Notes under the pieces: model-generated
The model's database searches: none
Told to the model about the DNA's origin: nothing
Seen by the model: only the letters and a program-made list of their open reading frames with translations
Assembly (NCBI RefSeq): GCF_006345805.1
Contig: NW_021834633.1
Span: 1 to 46,446, forward strand
Direction of reading: 5' to 3'
Length of the DNA stretch: 46,446 bases
DNA from: Octopus sinensis
Taxonomy: Eukaryota
Shown: positions 10,986-24,244 of the stretch, one piece after another
How positions within the stretch are numbered: the first letter of the stretch is position 1
How the letters are laid out: every line of letters starts with the position of its first letter
Made by a program: the position numbers and the translations under genes

Positions 10986-11739
10986 CAGAGTTAATAATCG
11001 ATAATACTCAAAAGCAAAGAATAATTCATTAATAATGTACAATTTGAAAACGAAAAATCAATAAATGTATTTTTGTGCCTTTAACCTCAAGGAATTCTGT
11101 AGCTCTTCCAAAAATGATTTAAGTGTGAAAATGAAAATAAACCAACGAATAAAAACAAGTCCAAAATATAACGCTTTTAATCTTATTTCCTGATGTATTC
11201 AGGATTTTAATTTTTATTTTTCATCTACAAAGATACAACTACACTTCAGCAATTTTGTTTCCATTTCATGAACATTTGACTTCATAAACCAGACGAAAAT
11301 TTATTTATAAATTGCCTCTTTATTAGTTTAGAGTTAGTTAGAACATGTTCATTTATGTTCTTTGATACTTTATGGACTTACTGATTCAGCCATAGACTAG
11401 ACATGCTGCTACTAAAATTAAGATATGTTGCCTGAATTCTAACAAAAATATTTAAAGATGTTGTTTGCCTTCATTGTGTCAATATATACTTTTTTTTAGT
11501 TATGTGTAAGTTGAATGCTTTAAAGATGTGTAAATAATACATTAGCCGATCCTTTTGTTATTATACAAATATGGATTTTATGAAGTAGTGAATTTACTAA
11601 AATTTACGAATTGTTGAAGGCTTGTCCTTTGGATTTACTCGGAACCATTTCTTAACGTCACCATTTGCAATTTCCCTTGAGCTTACAGGCCAAATAGACC
11701 GCTACGATTCCCAAGTTTCGCGGCTTTTAAGTTACTAAC

Positions 11740-11932
11740 CATGAAAGGGAAGTCAGTCCGTTGCTGTATTAACCTCTCTCCAACACCTGTAGCTCGTACT
11801 TATTTTCAGGTGTAACATCCTGGAACAACATGACCTAAATTAATGTTCTGAAGGACATAATCCACCCCCAGATCCGAGATTCGTGCATGAGCTTTCCTGA
11901 TTGTGTACCCAAAGCTCTAAACACTAAGTCTA
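11740..11932 (-). mobile_element. Old CORE-like SINE remnant
   Basis: The minus strand has a degenerate tRNA-like head followed by ATGTCCTTCAGAACATTAATTTAGGTCATGTTGTTCCAG, similar to the core of 35121-35361. Confidence 0.45.
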
Positions 11933-12224
11933 AATCACATAATTCTAAAGCTTCAGCGTGTTACATGAAATATGATGTAAATACGCAATGGTTAAAACAG
12001 TTTACCTTTGTACTTTATATGTTGTACAAATAGAGTACGGCCAGCCGTCACTCACGGACGTGTATATCTTGGAAATATATAATATGCTTTCACTAATCGT
12101 TTTGTATATATACAAAAAACACAATCATTCGTACACACGCACATCCATGCATATGTAATTTTCAACCTATATGCTATGACTTAAAAGTGAAAATACGATA
12201 TTTACGTTTCGGTTTCGTATGTTT

Positions 12225-12256
12225 GTGTGTGTATGTGAGTGTAGATGCGTGTATAC

Positions 12257-12352
<96 letters not shown>

Positions 12353-12400
12353 TGTGTGTGTGTTGTATGTGTGTGTGTGTGTGCGTGTGTGTGTGTTTGT
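12225..12400. repeat. (TA)n(TG)n microsatellite
   Basis: Direct inspection. Confidence 0.95.
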
Positions 12401-12599
12401 TATGTGTGCACTTTTTTTTCTTGTCTGCAGGTGTGTAAGCGCATGGCAAATATTCCAGTGGAATTAGTCGAAATTTTAATTCTTTTTTCCTCTTTGTTTC
12501 ACGACTACGTGGAAGTTTCTCTGTCGCCTCTAAAACTCGAGTCATGAAGACAATGAAAGATTAGGTGTACGTGATTAAATTGGATTAAATGTGGAATGA

Positions 12600-12682
12600 G
12601 AAAATCATAGACAAGAAATAAAGTAGAAAAAGAAACGAAGAAGACGAAGAGGAGGAGGAAGAAGGAGAAGAAGAAGAAGAAG

Positions 12683-12714
<32 letters not shown>

Positions 12715-13150
12715 GAAGAAGAAGAAGACGAAGAATTAGAAGAAGAAGAAGAAGAAGAAGAAGAAGAAGAAGAAGAAGAAAAAGACGAAGAATTAGAAGA
12801 AGAACAAGAACAAGAAGAAGAAGGAGGAGGAGGAAGAGAAGGATGAGAAGAAGAGTGGTGGAGAGTAGAGGAAAGGAAAAGAAAAAGAGGAGGAAAAGAG
12901 AAGAGAGTGAGGAGGAAAGAAGGAGGAAATTTAAAGTGGAGAAAGAGGGAGAAGAAATGATAACAACAAGTAGAAACAAGGGGGAGACATGATGAAGGGT
13001 GTGAGAAGTAGAATGAAGAGAGGGAGGAGAGAAAGGGAGAATGCGGAGGGGGGGAGGAAAGAGAAATAGAATGGGAAAATATAGAAGCATACCTTGTGTT
13101 AATGAAAGAAAATGAATGAATTGGAGAAACAGAATGAAAAGCAAAGTGAA
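12600..13150. repeat. Purine-rich tract with a (GAA)n core
   Basis: About 550 bp overwhelmingly A/G on the + strand. Confidence 0.9.
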
Positions 13151-14143
13151 ACAAAAGTAAGAACCTAGTAAAATCTATATTTACAAATGTTAATATGTGA
13201 CAGAGACTATCACATATAGTGTCTAGCGATGACTAAAGAAGAGAACAACAACTGAAGCCGTTTAGGTACCGTTTTGTATCATTATTTACATACAGCAAGT
13301 TACATCGTCTTTATTGCACATTTCGAGTCACTTCTCTACATGTACAAGATTTTATGACTTCCAGAAATATTAGTCTTGCCTTAGAAATCGATAGTATTAT
13401 ATGCAATTATATGTACATGGCTGGTGCTTCAGAGAAGCGGTAAATTTCATTGTATATATATTTCTGATGCCTATTTGCCAGTTGGAAACAAAAACAAAAA
13501 AAAAGCAAACAAAAAATAACGTTATTATTCACATTTATCATACATTTCCGGATGGGTACATTTGTAGAAATAATTTTATGGCCAAGTTTTGACAGAGATG
13601 ATAACCGCACCGCATGATGGTTTTGTGACTTGTTAGAACAATTTTCAGTTATGATTCTAATGTCAACCGAAGAGAGTTGAAGTTATAAATTTCCTGTTTT
13701 GCCGAAATTTGAAGCTGTAGAGGTGAAACTATCAAAGAAACAATATTATAAATCTATTAGAACCATACGACGGGAAAACTTTGGAACTAAACTTTTGCCA
13801 CCCTGTGTAAAGAGCCGGTAATAATATACACATACATTATGGCTGCCCCCTCGTTATCGAGTATGGCCATTGCACGAAGCCTAACTGCCACTGGTGCTAT
13901 GATCGAATGTGACTTTTTAGCCCAGCCAAAGATCTACAATGTCTTGTACAGAATTGGCAACTAATACACATACACACACATACATATATACATATATATT
14001 TTTCCCTTTCTTTTTTCCGACGAAGAGCTATGCTTGAAACGCCTAGCTCTCTCTCTTCCTACCGACTATGAAGCCAATACATGACTTGTTGTTTGTTAAT
14101 TTCATTATTCGTCTATTTGAATTGATTGTGTATTTGAACTGAC

Positions 14144-14181
<38 letters not shown>

Positions 14182-14225
14182 GGGGGGGGGTATGTGTGTG
14201 TGGGTGTGTGGGTGTGTGTGTGTGT

Positions 14226-14518
14226 GTGGAGGTGCAATGGCCCAGTGGTTAGGGCAACGGACTCGCGGTCGTAGGATCGCGGTTTCGATCCCCAGACCGG
14301 GCGTTGTGAGTGTTTATTGAGCGAAAACACCTAAAAAGCTCCACGACGCTCCGGCAGGGGGTGGTGGCAGCCCCTGCTGTACTATTTTGCCACTCTTTCC
14401 CCCACTCTTCCTGCTCGCTTAGCCAGCGGGGTGGCGTCATTCAAAGGCTAAAACAATGCGAACGCATTGTGACCAGCGATGTGTAACAACATTTGATGAT
14501 CTGGTCGGTAACGTGATA
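14226..14518 (+). mobile_element. SINE family C, full length, tail type 1
   Basis: tRNA-like head (TGGCCCAGTGG A-box-like, GGTTTCGATCCC B-box-like), located between TG and TA tracts. Confidence 0.88.
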
Positions 14519-14531
14519 TATATATGTATAC

Positions 14532-14562
<31 letters not shown>

Positions 14563-14579
14563 ATATGTATATGTATATC

Positions 14580-15240
14580 TGTGTATGTATACAACCATCC
14601 AACCAACCATCCAACCATCCAACCAATTTTCGAGTCAGCTAGCCAGTCATCCAGCCAATCAAACAACCAACCTATTTCTGTATTACCCACAAGGGGCTAA
14701 ACATAGAGGGTACAAACAAGGACAGACATAGGTATTAAGTCGATTACATCGACCCCAGTGCGTAACTGGTACTTAATTTATCGACCCCGGAAGGATGAAA
14801 GGCAAAGTCGATCTCGGCGGAATTTGAACTCAGAACGTAACGGCAGACGAAATACCGCTAAGCATTTCGCCCGGCGCGCTAACATTTCTGCCAGCTCGCC
14901 GCATTATCTAACAACCAGCCAACTAGCAATCTACCAATCAGGCAACGAACTATCCAGCCAGTTATACAACCAATCAACCAAGGAACCAACTAGCCTACAA
15001 ACCAATCAACCAGCCTTCCTGTCAGCCAGTCAGCCAACCAATCCAACCAATCAATCAACCAACCAACCAGCCAACAACCAACCAACCAACCAACAAACCA
15101 ACCAATTAACCAAACAGGTAACCAATCAAACAACCAACCAACAAACCAACCTACTAAACAACCAACCAGCCAGCTTTCCAGCAAGGTAGCCGGCCAACCA
15201 ACCAACCAACCAGCTAATCAACCAACCATCCCATCAGCCA
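14580..15240. repeat. Degenerate (ACCA/AACC/AGCC)n minisatellite interrupted by a SINE
   Basis: Direct inspection. Confidence 0.85.
14671..14902 (-). mobile_element. Young full-length Meta-like SINE
   Basis: Near-identical to 28874-29103. Confidence 0.9.
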
Positions 15241-15454
15241 ATATTTATATCGGTTATTATTATCTAGAGTTTATGGGAAAGATATTTTTAGCAAAAAAAA
15301 TTATTGATTTCTTTTTCCTTTTTTCAGTATACATCCAGGTTTTTCCATAGAAAAATCCTATTTTGTGTATGTCTTTGAGATAATAATTTTTTGTGCGTAT
15401 CATTTTGTATTCTCGATTGGTTAAAATGGGTTATTAAATCGCATAATGAAGAGC

Positions 15455-15511
15455 TTATGGAGCAGCAACAGCAGCAACAGCAGCAGCAGCAGCAGCAGTA
15501 GCAATAGTAGC

Positions 15512-15546
<35 letters not shown>

Positions 15547-15883
15547 CGATGGTACGAATTATATTTTTGTTGCTGCCGCCCTTGCTCTGGTTTACGGCAC
15601 TTATACTGCTGTTTCTGATATTGCTAATGATAACTGAAAGACTACTATTAAGAGTAGTAGTTACGACATCACCATCATCGTCATCATCATCAGAAGTAGT
15701 AGTAGTGGCGGTGGTGGTAGTAGTAGTAGTAGTAGTTGTCGAGTTTCCATTGCTATTCCTGACGCCCCTGCTGGTGTTTTTTTACAACCACCATTATAAA
15801 TATAAATACGCTTGAGATAGCTACTACTGCTACTGTGCTGCTACTGCTACTGTTGCTACTACTACTACTACTACTACTACTAC

Positions 15884-15925
<42 letters not shown>

Positions 15926-16080
15926 GGCTGCTGCTACTAACAATATGTGCGCTTTTTGTTTGAGTTAGTTTGTTTCATAACTGGTCACTTGATACAAAAA
16001 GGCAATCGTCATCATCATCATCATCACCACCACCATCAACATGATCACGATCATGATCCTGATTATAATCATGAACATCA
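15455..16080. repeat. Series of trinucleotide tracts (CAG, TAG, CAT, CTA, TAA)
   Basis: Direct inspection. Confidence 0.85.
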
Positions 16081-16658
16081 TCTGAGCAGCTAGTTGGGGG
16101 TGGGGGGTTCGCTTTACTTGCTAGAAATAGAAGCCAAATTATCTAGAAATCGCACTCTCCTGCATAGAAACATATTACTTAATTTTATATCTAAAAGTAC
16201 AATATAATCTCCGACGACTAGTCTTTGGGAATATGCCTCATTCATCGCGGACGAAAGAGGCGTATTTAGTGTGGATAACATCAGGAAAAAACACCACAAC
16301 CAGCATCGTCATTGTCCTCATTATCATCCCCGTGACTACTGTGAAAATGATGATGATCATCATTATTAATCTTCTCACTCCTCTTAAATTCCTTCTTCAG
16401 CACTTTCAACTTTACCATTTTGAATATCACCATTTTCTACCATTTTGAAATTATGGAAACGTTACTTGTCATATTCTATTCTGGCAGAATGAATCCAATT
16501 ATTTTTTTGTTTCCTAAAGCGTTTCACAAAATACGTGAACGTTCCCCTATATAAAATTGAATTTTGCTACCAATTGAATATCGTAATTTTATGTCATAAT
16601 GTAAGTCCACTTTCATAAATGAAATAATGCAGAGAACCTATATAAATAACACGTCTGA

Positions 16659-16964
16659 CACTCCGTGGGTTATGATGATGAGGGTTACAATTGATCCTTT
16701 TAACAGAACAGCTGCTCGGGAAATTAACGCTCAAGTAGCCCAGCACTCCACAGATACGCGTAAGTTATAAGTAGTTTTCAGGGGCATTCAGCGTGACAGA
16801 GGATGTGATAAAGAAGATGCTCTTTGAAAACTCAGATACTACTCATCCCGGAGCAATGTGAAATAAAGTGCCTTGCTCAGGGACTCAACGCGCCACCGGG
16901 AATCGAACTTATGGCTGAACCATCGTGAGCGGAATGCATTATCAACTACGCCACGCGCCTTCAC
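16659..16964 (-). mobile_element. CORE-like SINE family B with tail type 3
   Basis: tRNA-like head, core GTCCCTGAGCAAGGCACTTTATTTCAC and a tail homologous to 33660-33820. Confidence 0.75.
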
Positions 16965-17449
16965 TAAATGACATCAGTTGGAAGTTCACAAGCACAATCT
17001 TCTTAGAAAATGCCAGACACGTTCATGGAAACAATCTCTATCCACTAAAGAGGAGTGTAATGAAAATAGATTAAAACGGTTTCAAATAGAAACCTAACCT
17101 CGATTACAAGTTCATTGTACCGATGCCTTCCGCATTTTACATCGCCAATCGCATTAAATTTTATAAAATCAATAAATATAAGTTGAATATTGTATCAAGA
17201 AGGGTAAGATCAAAGAGAACAGTTAATCTACATCACAAACCGTTTATTGTACGTAATAATGCAAGCAAAGTTAAAGTAAATATGAATCTTTGGTCTCTTT
17301 ATATTTCAATTAATTAATATACTAAATGAATACTTAAGATAATTGCCTCATAAGAATGCATGGCTTGCCTAATTGACAATTATATTTCCAAATAATCTAG
17401 ATTTCACAAAAGACATCGTTTCTTTGATTATCTGAAGCCTTTTACTGGC

Positions 17450-17520
17450 GTGTGTACGTGTGTGTGTGTGAGTGTGTGGGTGTACGTACACACGTATGTG
17501 TGTATATACATCTATCTATA

Positions 17521-17555
<35 letters not shown>

Positions 17556-17575
17556 GTATCTCCCTCCCTCCCTCC

Positions 17576-17671
<96 letters not shown>

Positions 17672-17673
17672 AT
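17450..17673. repeat. (TG)/(CTAT)/(CT)/(TA) compound microsatellite
   Basis: Direct inspection. Confidence 0.95.
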
Positions 17674-17840
17674 ACCGGAGTAAGCACATAAATGTGAAAC
17701 AGGTGGAAAAAAGAGTGCTCAAATACCAGAGGTAGAGTCATAAGTTTTATTTAAAAGCAGCAGAAATATAACAAAAGCTGTTACTCAGAGTTTCGAGTTC
17801 CCGCTCGTCGGACAGTTTTGTTAAAATAGAACAGAAATAA
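17674..17840 (-). mobile_element. Probable PLE pseudo-LTR 3' fragment abutting (TA)n (5' boundary approximate)
   Basis: Contains a hammerhead fold and has the same layout as 1275-1450. No coding part is visible, so PLE identity is inferred. Confidence 0.55.
17773..17819 (-). ncRNA. Minimal type I hammerhead ribozyme fold
   Basis: Minus strand: AAAACTGT CCGACGA G CGGGAACT C GAAACTCTGA GTA ACAGCTTTT. Stem I is CTGT/ACAG, stem II is one G-C pair plus loop, stem III is ACTCTGAGT. Confidence 0.72.
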
Positions 17841-20404
17841 CGATATGATCAAAACTAGTTAAAGGATACACCTTTAAAATTGGATTCGCTTCATTGGTCT
17901 TTACAATTAACGGTCTTAAGCGTGCGGTAAACAAAATAAACAAAATAAATGAATTTAATATAAATTAGTCCTATTATAAAAAAAAAATCGAAGAAAAACC
18001 TTAAATCTAAGAGCGGATTCAAAATACATATTGTCATTAAATATATATGAAATATAATTCCATCAATACAATTAATACATTAGAAATTAAAATATTTCAC
18101 AACAGTTTATACGCATACTACACCATCTATATACATATATACATCAAAATACACAGGTGGATATACACAGACCACGTATATTTTTGATTCTTGGACTAGT
18201 TTTTAATCACACCGTTGGATTTGTTTCTTATTATGCATGATTTATTCCGCAACGCAAAGTTATTGTATATATTTCGACATATTTCTTAAGGAAAACCTTC
18301 AACTGTTATATACAAATATTATTTTCTTGTTTAGGATTCTGCTTTTATTTTATTTCATTTTATTGTATTTTATCGTTTAATTTATAGATAATTCGATAGA
18401 GGGTGTTCTATTTTGCATGTCTTTTATCCGAATTTTATTATTATGCACTCAGCAATTTAAAAAAAATAATGTCCGTTCGTATATACGTCAGAACCTAGAC
18501 ATGTTTTTATGTGGATATTTGTATTGTTGGCATGCATATGCATTCGTATGTGTGAGCCTATGTATATGTGTAAGTAAGCGCGTATATTTATACTTATCCA
18601 CATACATACACGAATGTATATGTATGCATGTATTCACTTGAATTTGTGTGGATGTGTATTTACGTACTTATGTCTATATATTTATAAATGTGTCCTTATA
18701 TGTGTATTTACTGCTAATATACACTTTTATATTCACATTTATAGGTAATTCTCTTTTGTGTACGTTCGTTACGCATATTCAGACTTCTTTCTTTCTTCCT
18801 TTCTTTCGTTACGGAAAAGTATTTTTTCTCCCCCTATTCGTTACTTGTATAGAGTCCTGTAAATTTACGCCCCCTCCCTTTCTCTTACTCACTTCTTTAG
18901 CTATCTGTTGCTTATAATATCCTTACCTTTTCTTTTTCTTTTTCTTCATCTTCCCCCTCTCTGCGTTTTACTTCTTGTCTATATGTATTATACACCAAGT
19001 GACTTTAGCATGTTAGTGGTGACGAGAAATAGGTTCTCTATAAAAATTTCAAGTACCGGAGACAGTGGATTGGGAAAGGAGAGGCATCGATACTCCAGGC
19101 TAAAGAAGGTCTTCACTCATGTAAGATGTTGTTATCTCTTTGGTGGTGTATGAAAGTTTTAGTCCACTTGGAAATTTTAAACCCAAACCAAACAATAACA
19201 AAGGAGATCTACTGACAGCTGCTTGAGTGGCTTCAGTCAGCGCTAGCAGAAAAACGATTTAAAGTTTCGTGACAAGAAGCGTGTCATCAAGGCTACAAAT
19301 TTAAGCGAGCCAAGTACGTGAGCCTTCAGCAGGATTGCAGGGGAAAGGATGACTGTCAGGGCTTTTTCCAACTGAGGGTGACAGTAATGGATTGCTTATG
19401 CAGTCGGTACGGCGGACGCTTACAGCCACTGGAACATCAGGAGAGGAGCGAAGGTTAGCTCCTTGCATGTCGGTACAGGATGGTCCAGGCAACAGAAAGT
19501 GCCTCTTGCTGGCTATGGATCAAAAGAAAGGAGTTAAGCTGGAATCCAGGAGAACAAAGGTGTATATGTGTAAGTATGTGTGTAAGTATGTGTGTATCTA
19601 TCTATATATATATTTAATATTTTTGGACTAATGAGTATAAGTCGATTAGTGTGTAGAAGTGTTGAGTATAGCACGTGCACTGTTTGGGCTACGTAGCGTC
19701 ATCTACCGTCGGGGAAATCCGCAGTGTTAGTTGAGATAATAATAAGAATTTCTTAAATAGCGAGATGGATTTGGTTTTAACTTTATTTTGTACAAGGCTC
19801 GTTTCGACCCATTCTGCTACTGTCCCTTAAGGACGGGACTCCTCTTAACATGTTGTGTTGCATCAATTTTGCTTTCTGGGTCTCATCAGGTACATCCATA
19901 CATTTATACATAAACGCTTGTCTCTCGCTAAGAACCCTGAGTCTTGTTGTTGTAAGCCCGTCTGGTTAGGGAATGAAGAATCACTAAATTTTTCACTTAC
20001 AATTTTCTTTCTTCAACAAGAATTGCAAACATATTTAAATATAGACAAATAATTGTGAATAAAAATAAAAAGATTCGTAGGAAAATTTAATGAATGGAGA
20101 TGAATTGAGTTACATTGAGTTTAAGAGAGAGGAAAGTCTTTTTAATGAAAAAACATAGAAATACCGACATGCAATTGAGCACGCAGTGCATCGATGAATA
20201 CTAAATTTGTGTCGGTATGTGTATGCACGTATGTAAAATATTAATATATATACGCCTGTATACTTGCTAACATCATTAATTAATTATCAGTTTATATAAC
20301 GTCATTACATATGCCAGGTGGTGCTATATATTTTATCAGGATATTCTGCTCGTTCTCTGATTACAATATGCAGTTCTGCAAACAGCTAATTAGGTGTTTG
20401 ATAC

Positions 20405-20444
<40 letters not shown>

Positions 20445-20770
20445 TTTTGTTTCTGTCTCTCTGTCTATCTGTGTCTGTCTAACTATCTGTATATCTATGT
20501 GTTAGAGTGTGTATATATATGTCGATATATATGCATGTATATATAATAAATATATATATAAATGTGCGTGTATGCATATAAATATAATATATATTCACAT
20601 ATATATATATACATACACACGCATATATATATAGATATATATATACACATTTATATGTATATTCACAAATATGTAGAGAGACATATACATGCAAACAATT
20701 AAAATGCGTTTCTGCCTATATATATATATATATATATATAATTATGCACGCACGCACACACACACACAAA
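20405..20770. repeat. (CTAT)/(TA)/(CA) compound microsatellite
   Basis: Direct inspection. Confidence 0.9.
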
Positions 20771-21149
20771 TGTACACGTAAGTCCGTTATATATTTTAGT
20801 TGATTAATTATTAAAAACAACAATAGCCTGTATTAATCTACATACTCCTCTGATTTCAGTTCATGTTGTGCTTTAGCAACTCACCTATGACCAATGTAAA
20901 ATTGAATGTTCTTCCAAAAGAACATAAAGAAGTTCACTTTAATCTGTTTCATTCATTCTTAGCCTCTTACACGTTTGTTGTATATAAAGAACACCTGGTA
21001 TTAAGAACACCTGGAAAACAATATGCACACGCGGCTATACATATTTTTCGGTAAACTTTGGAATTGTGAAAGTCACCAACTTATTTTATATGAAGTGTAG
21101 GGAAGTTCTCTCTATTGGTTATATATATAAAAAAAGACGAATGAAGAAT

Positions 21150-22600
21150 GACTGGGCTCCGAACTACAGAAACATCCTAAACTTAAATGCCAAACAACCA
21201 CAACAATAGGCCAATTGTTTGAGATACAAACTGTTATCCCCACAAATCAGATTTAATGAGTCGAACCAGTCTGTTATTTCTTCTTCCGAGAAGATAAGAA
21301 GCACGGTCTATGTCGGATGCAACGACAATAAAACTGAGACGAACTTCAATGACAGATGACAGGGGCGAACAGTAAACATTTTCGAAAAGAGAGAAACTAT
21401 GAATAAGAAATATAAACTACTAAAAGAATACTTAGCAACACAATTTTAACAAAACCTCACAATCTGTATCGATAGATAATTAAATGAGAGGCCAATTAAG
21501 AGATGAATTGCTAGAAGCCAGCCGACGTGATATTACCATTGAAGGACAAAATGCCTAAAAACAATTAGCAAAGATTGAAAATCCCAGCTTGTGGACATTG
21601 AATGTTCTGCTACATAGAGCCGTGATCTATGGGAGTAGTAGATGGGTTCGATCGTAGTGAGAGGAAAGAACCAAAATTAATTATCATATTCCAGACACAT
21701 AACGATAGATTTTTCGGAAAATAATTGGACAGCGAAGTGCTGTCATTAACTTCAATGTAAATAATATTTTCACAGCCAGTTTCACGTTATGATAAATTAT
21801 CTAAAGCCTGTAGGAAGGTGTTGGCAACATGCGCTAATGGGTAAGTTAATTGCCCTGGAAAACGAATTGCGAATGTCAAGGGAAAAAAATTTCGTTAAAT
21901 ACAAATAGCTAATAGAGCAAAAAGCCATTATTCGCAAGTTTGCACTAAACTCACGGGCATTGTATTGTAGTATGAAGAGCCATACCATTAAGGTTGTGAA
22001 AGGCCGTTCCCTTGGATGATCATCAGGAATGTAAACATACAAAACAGCCGTGGAAAGATGAACTACGGAGGGAGCACTATGCAGATATCACTCCAAAAAC
22101 CTATATAGTCAATATTAAAACTCTCCTGGATGTTGCAGAAAATCTGCCGACCAGGAAACCACAAGAGAGCCTACTCGTAATTTGTTACTACTACAGAAAG
22201 TTCGTATTTCTAAAGTGCAGCTCTCTTCAAAAGTGCGATGAACCCTATAGTCTTGGAAAAAGATATATCTAATGTTCTACATATATAACTCAGGTTGGCA
22301 GTTGCTCGTGCAATACCGTGAGACATAGCATTGTCGCTAAAACCGTTTACAATGTTATCTGCAGAAAAGATTGACTTTATGAAAGGCACATCAAAAGCAG
22401 AATATATCAACACATTCAAAGATACAGAACACTATCAGAACGTTCCATTAAAACAAAAAGCAAAAAATAAATCTGTGTAGGATTAACTGGTCACATAGTT
22501 GGAGGAGACATGTAGCAAAATCGTGCACCGATGTAGACATATGCTGCTCGAGGGAAATTATTGTCACTATGGAGAACTAACAAGAAGCATACGACTCTTA
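21150..22600 (+). mobile_element. Highly decayed RTE-clade LINE 3' region(s); boundaries approximate
   Basis: Residual motifs VIYGSSRW (cf. LLYGxExW), IFRKIIG, KQPWKDELRR (cf. RPxxRWxDxL), RLAVARA (cf. RLxVxQRAM) and TGHIV (cf. WAGHV). Confidence 0.5.
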
Positions 22601-23230
22601 TATACACACTATAAATTATTTTTTCCCGTTTATCGTAGATGCACTGGGTTAGGTAACAATAGGTTTGCATAAGGAACTAGAAATGATAATGTTCTTTATA
22701 AGAGAACAAAGCAAGTATATTCACATGCTCCATAAAAATCAATTAGAAGAATAGTATTAATGAAACATTTCAAGGGTTTTCATTTGGGGTTTCTGGGTGA
22801 ACCAAAAACGATCGAAAAAATTTTTTAATCGAAAAAATTTCTAAATGATGAACTTTTATCTTACCTTATATATTATATATTATTTATTTATATGATTCCT
22901 ATATATATGTATTTTTAGATTTTTTTTTATATATCTATATATTTATATGTTTCTTTATATTTTTATGTATTTATTATTCTAGATGTAATGTTAAAAAAAT
23001 ATTTATTTTTAATCGCTAAATTATTAATCATTAACTTTTAACTGCAATGGACTGTATTTATACATTTTTCTTATATTTCCCTTATATGCTTGTATTGATG
23101 AGTTGTGCTTCATCTTCCGTGATTTTATGCATGTATATTCTATATGAAAGAAAAAGCATTATGTGATTAAGTGTTCGAGATATGAAATGTTACGTGGATG
23201 ACCTTATATTTGTTTGTTCTGCAACCATAG

Positions 23231-23450
<220 letters not shown>

Positions 23451-23719
23451 AAATCGGTTGCGAATATATCATGCAATTTTGTAAAATCTTAAGAAACGCA
23501 TCGATTCATTTCCATGAGAACCCTGAACCATCTTATAGATTAATTAATCTTAGTAAAAGACGTAGATAGTGAAAATGAAAGTGATACAAGAAATTCTTAG
23601 TGAGGAGTAAAATACAATATTCTATTAAAGAAATGCCTCATGAAAGGATCAAAAGTAATTAGATTTTACACTTTTATCTTCTATCTTCTGCTGCTGCTGT
23701 GCTGGTGTAACTCTTTGAA

Positions 23720-23960
23720 GAATTTTAATAGAAGGACTCGACCCCCCCCCACTACTTATTTTCTAAAAGCTGAGTTTTTTTTCTATCGGTTTCTTTAAAC
23801 GAATTGGTAAGTTACGAGGGCGTAAGCACAACACCAACTCAGGTTGTCAAGTGATAGGTGCGACAACCATAAAGAGATAGACACACACACAGAAACACGC
23901 CCACGCGAGCCCTTGCACACACACACACATGCATACACACAAACACATGCGTGCACACGC
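23720..23960 (-). mobile_element. Old 3' half of SINE family A
   Basis: TAAGTTACGAGGGCGTAAGCACAACACCAACTCAGGTTGTCAAG resembles the family-A tail in reverse orientation. Confidence 0.55.
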
Positions 23961-24014
23961 ACACACACACACAACCATACCTTTCCCCACATATACATAT
24001 ATATATATATATAT

Positions 24015-24240
24015 AGGGAGAGTTTACTAAAAACACAAAAGACGAAGACATGTGGTGTAGAAAACAAACAGATGTATTAGTATAACGCTCAGGAATAGAA
24101 AAAGTCTTTTACGTTTCGAGTCTACGCTCTTCTACAGAAAGGAACACAGGAAGAAACAAGGAGAGAAAAAAAGGAGAGAAAAACAAAGAGAGAAACAAGG
24201 AGGGAAAAAATGTGTGTAGTGGCTAACAATGACGGTCATC
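24015..24240 (-). mobile_element. Probable PLE pseudo-LTR fragment abutting (TA)n with a deviant hammerhead-like motif at 24106-24141
   Basis: Minus strand: CTTT CTGTAGAAGA G CGTAGACT C GAAAC GTA AAAG. Confidence 0.4.
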
Positions 24241-24244
24241 TTTC

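Noticed and set aside
13790-13810. Tc1-like TIR end (ACTTTTGCCACCCTGTGTA); similar CTGACCCTCCTGTA near 25615
   Set aside because: No partner TIR or convincing transposase motif was found.
14226-14300. tRNA-like sequences with A/B boxes, also at 26275, 33436 and 35121
   Set aside because: These are SINE heads continuous with core and tail, without a complete cloverleaf.
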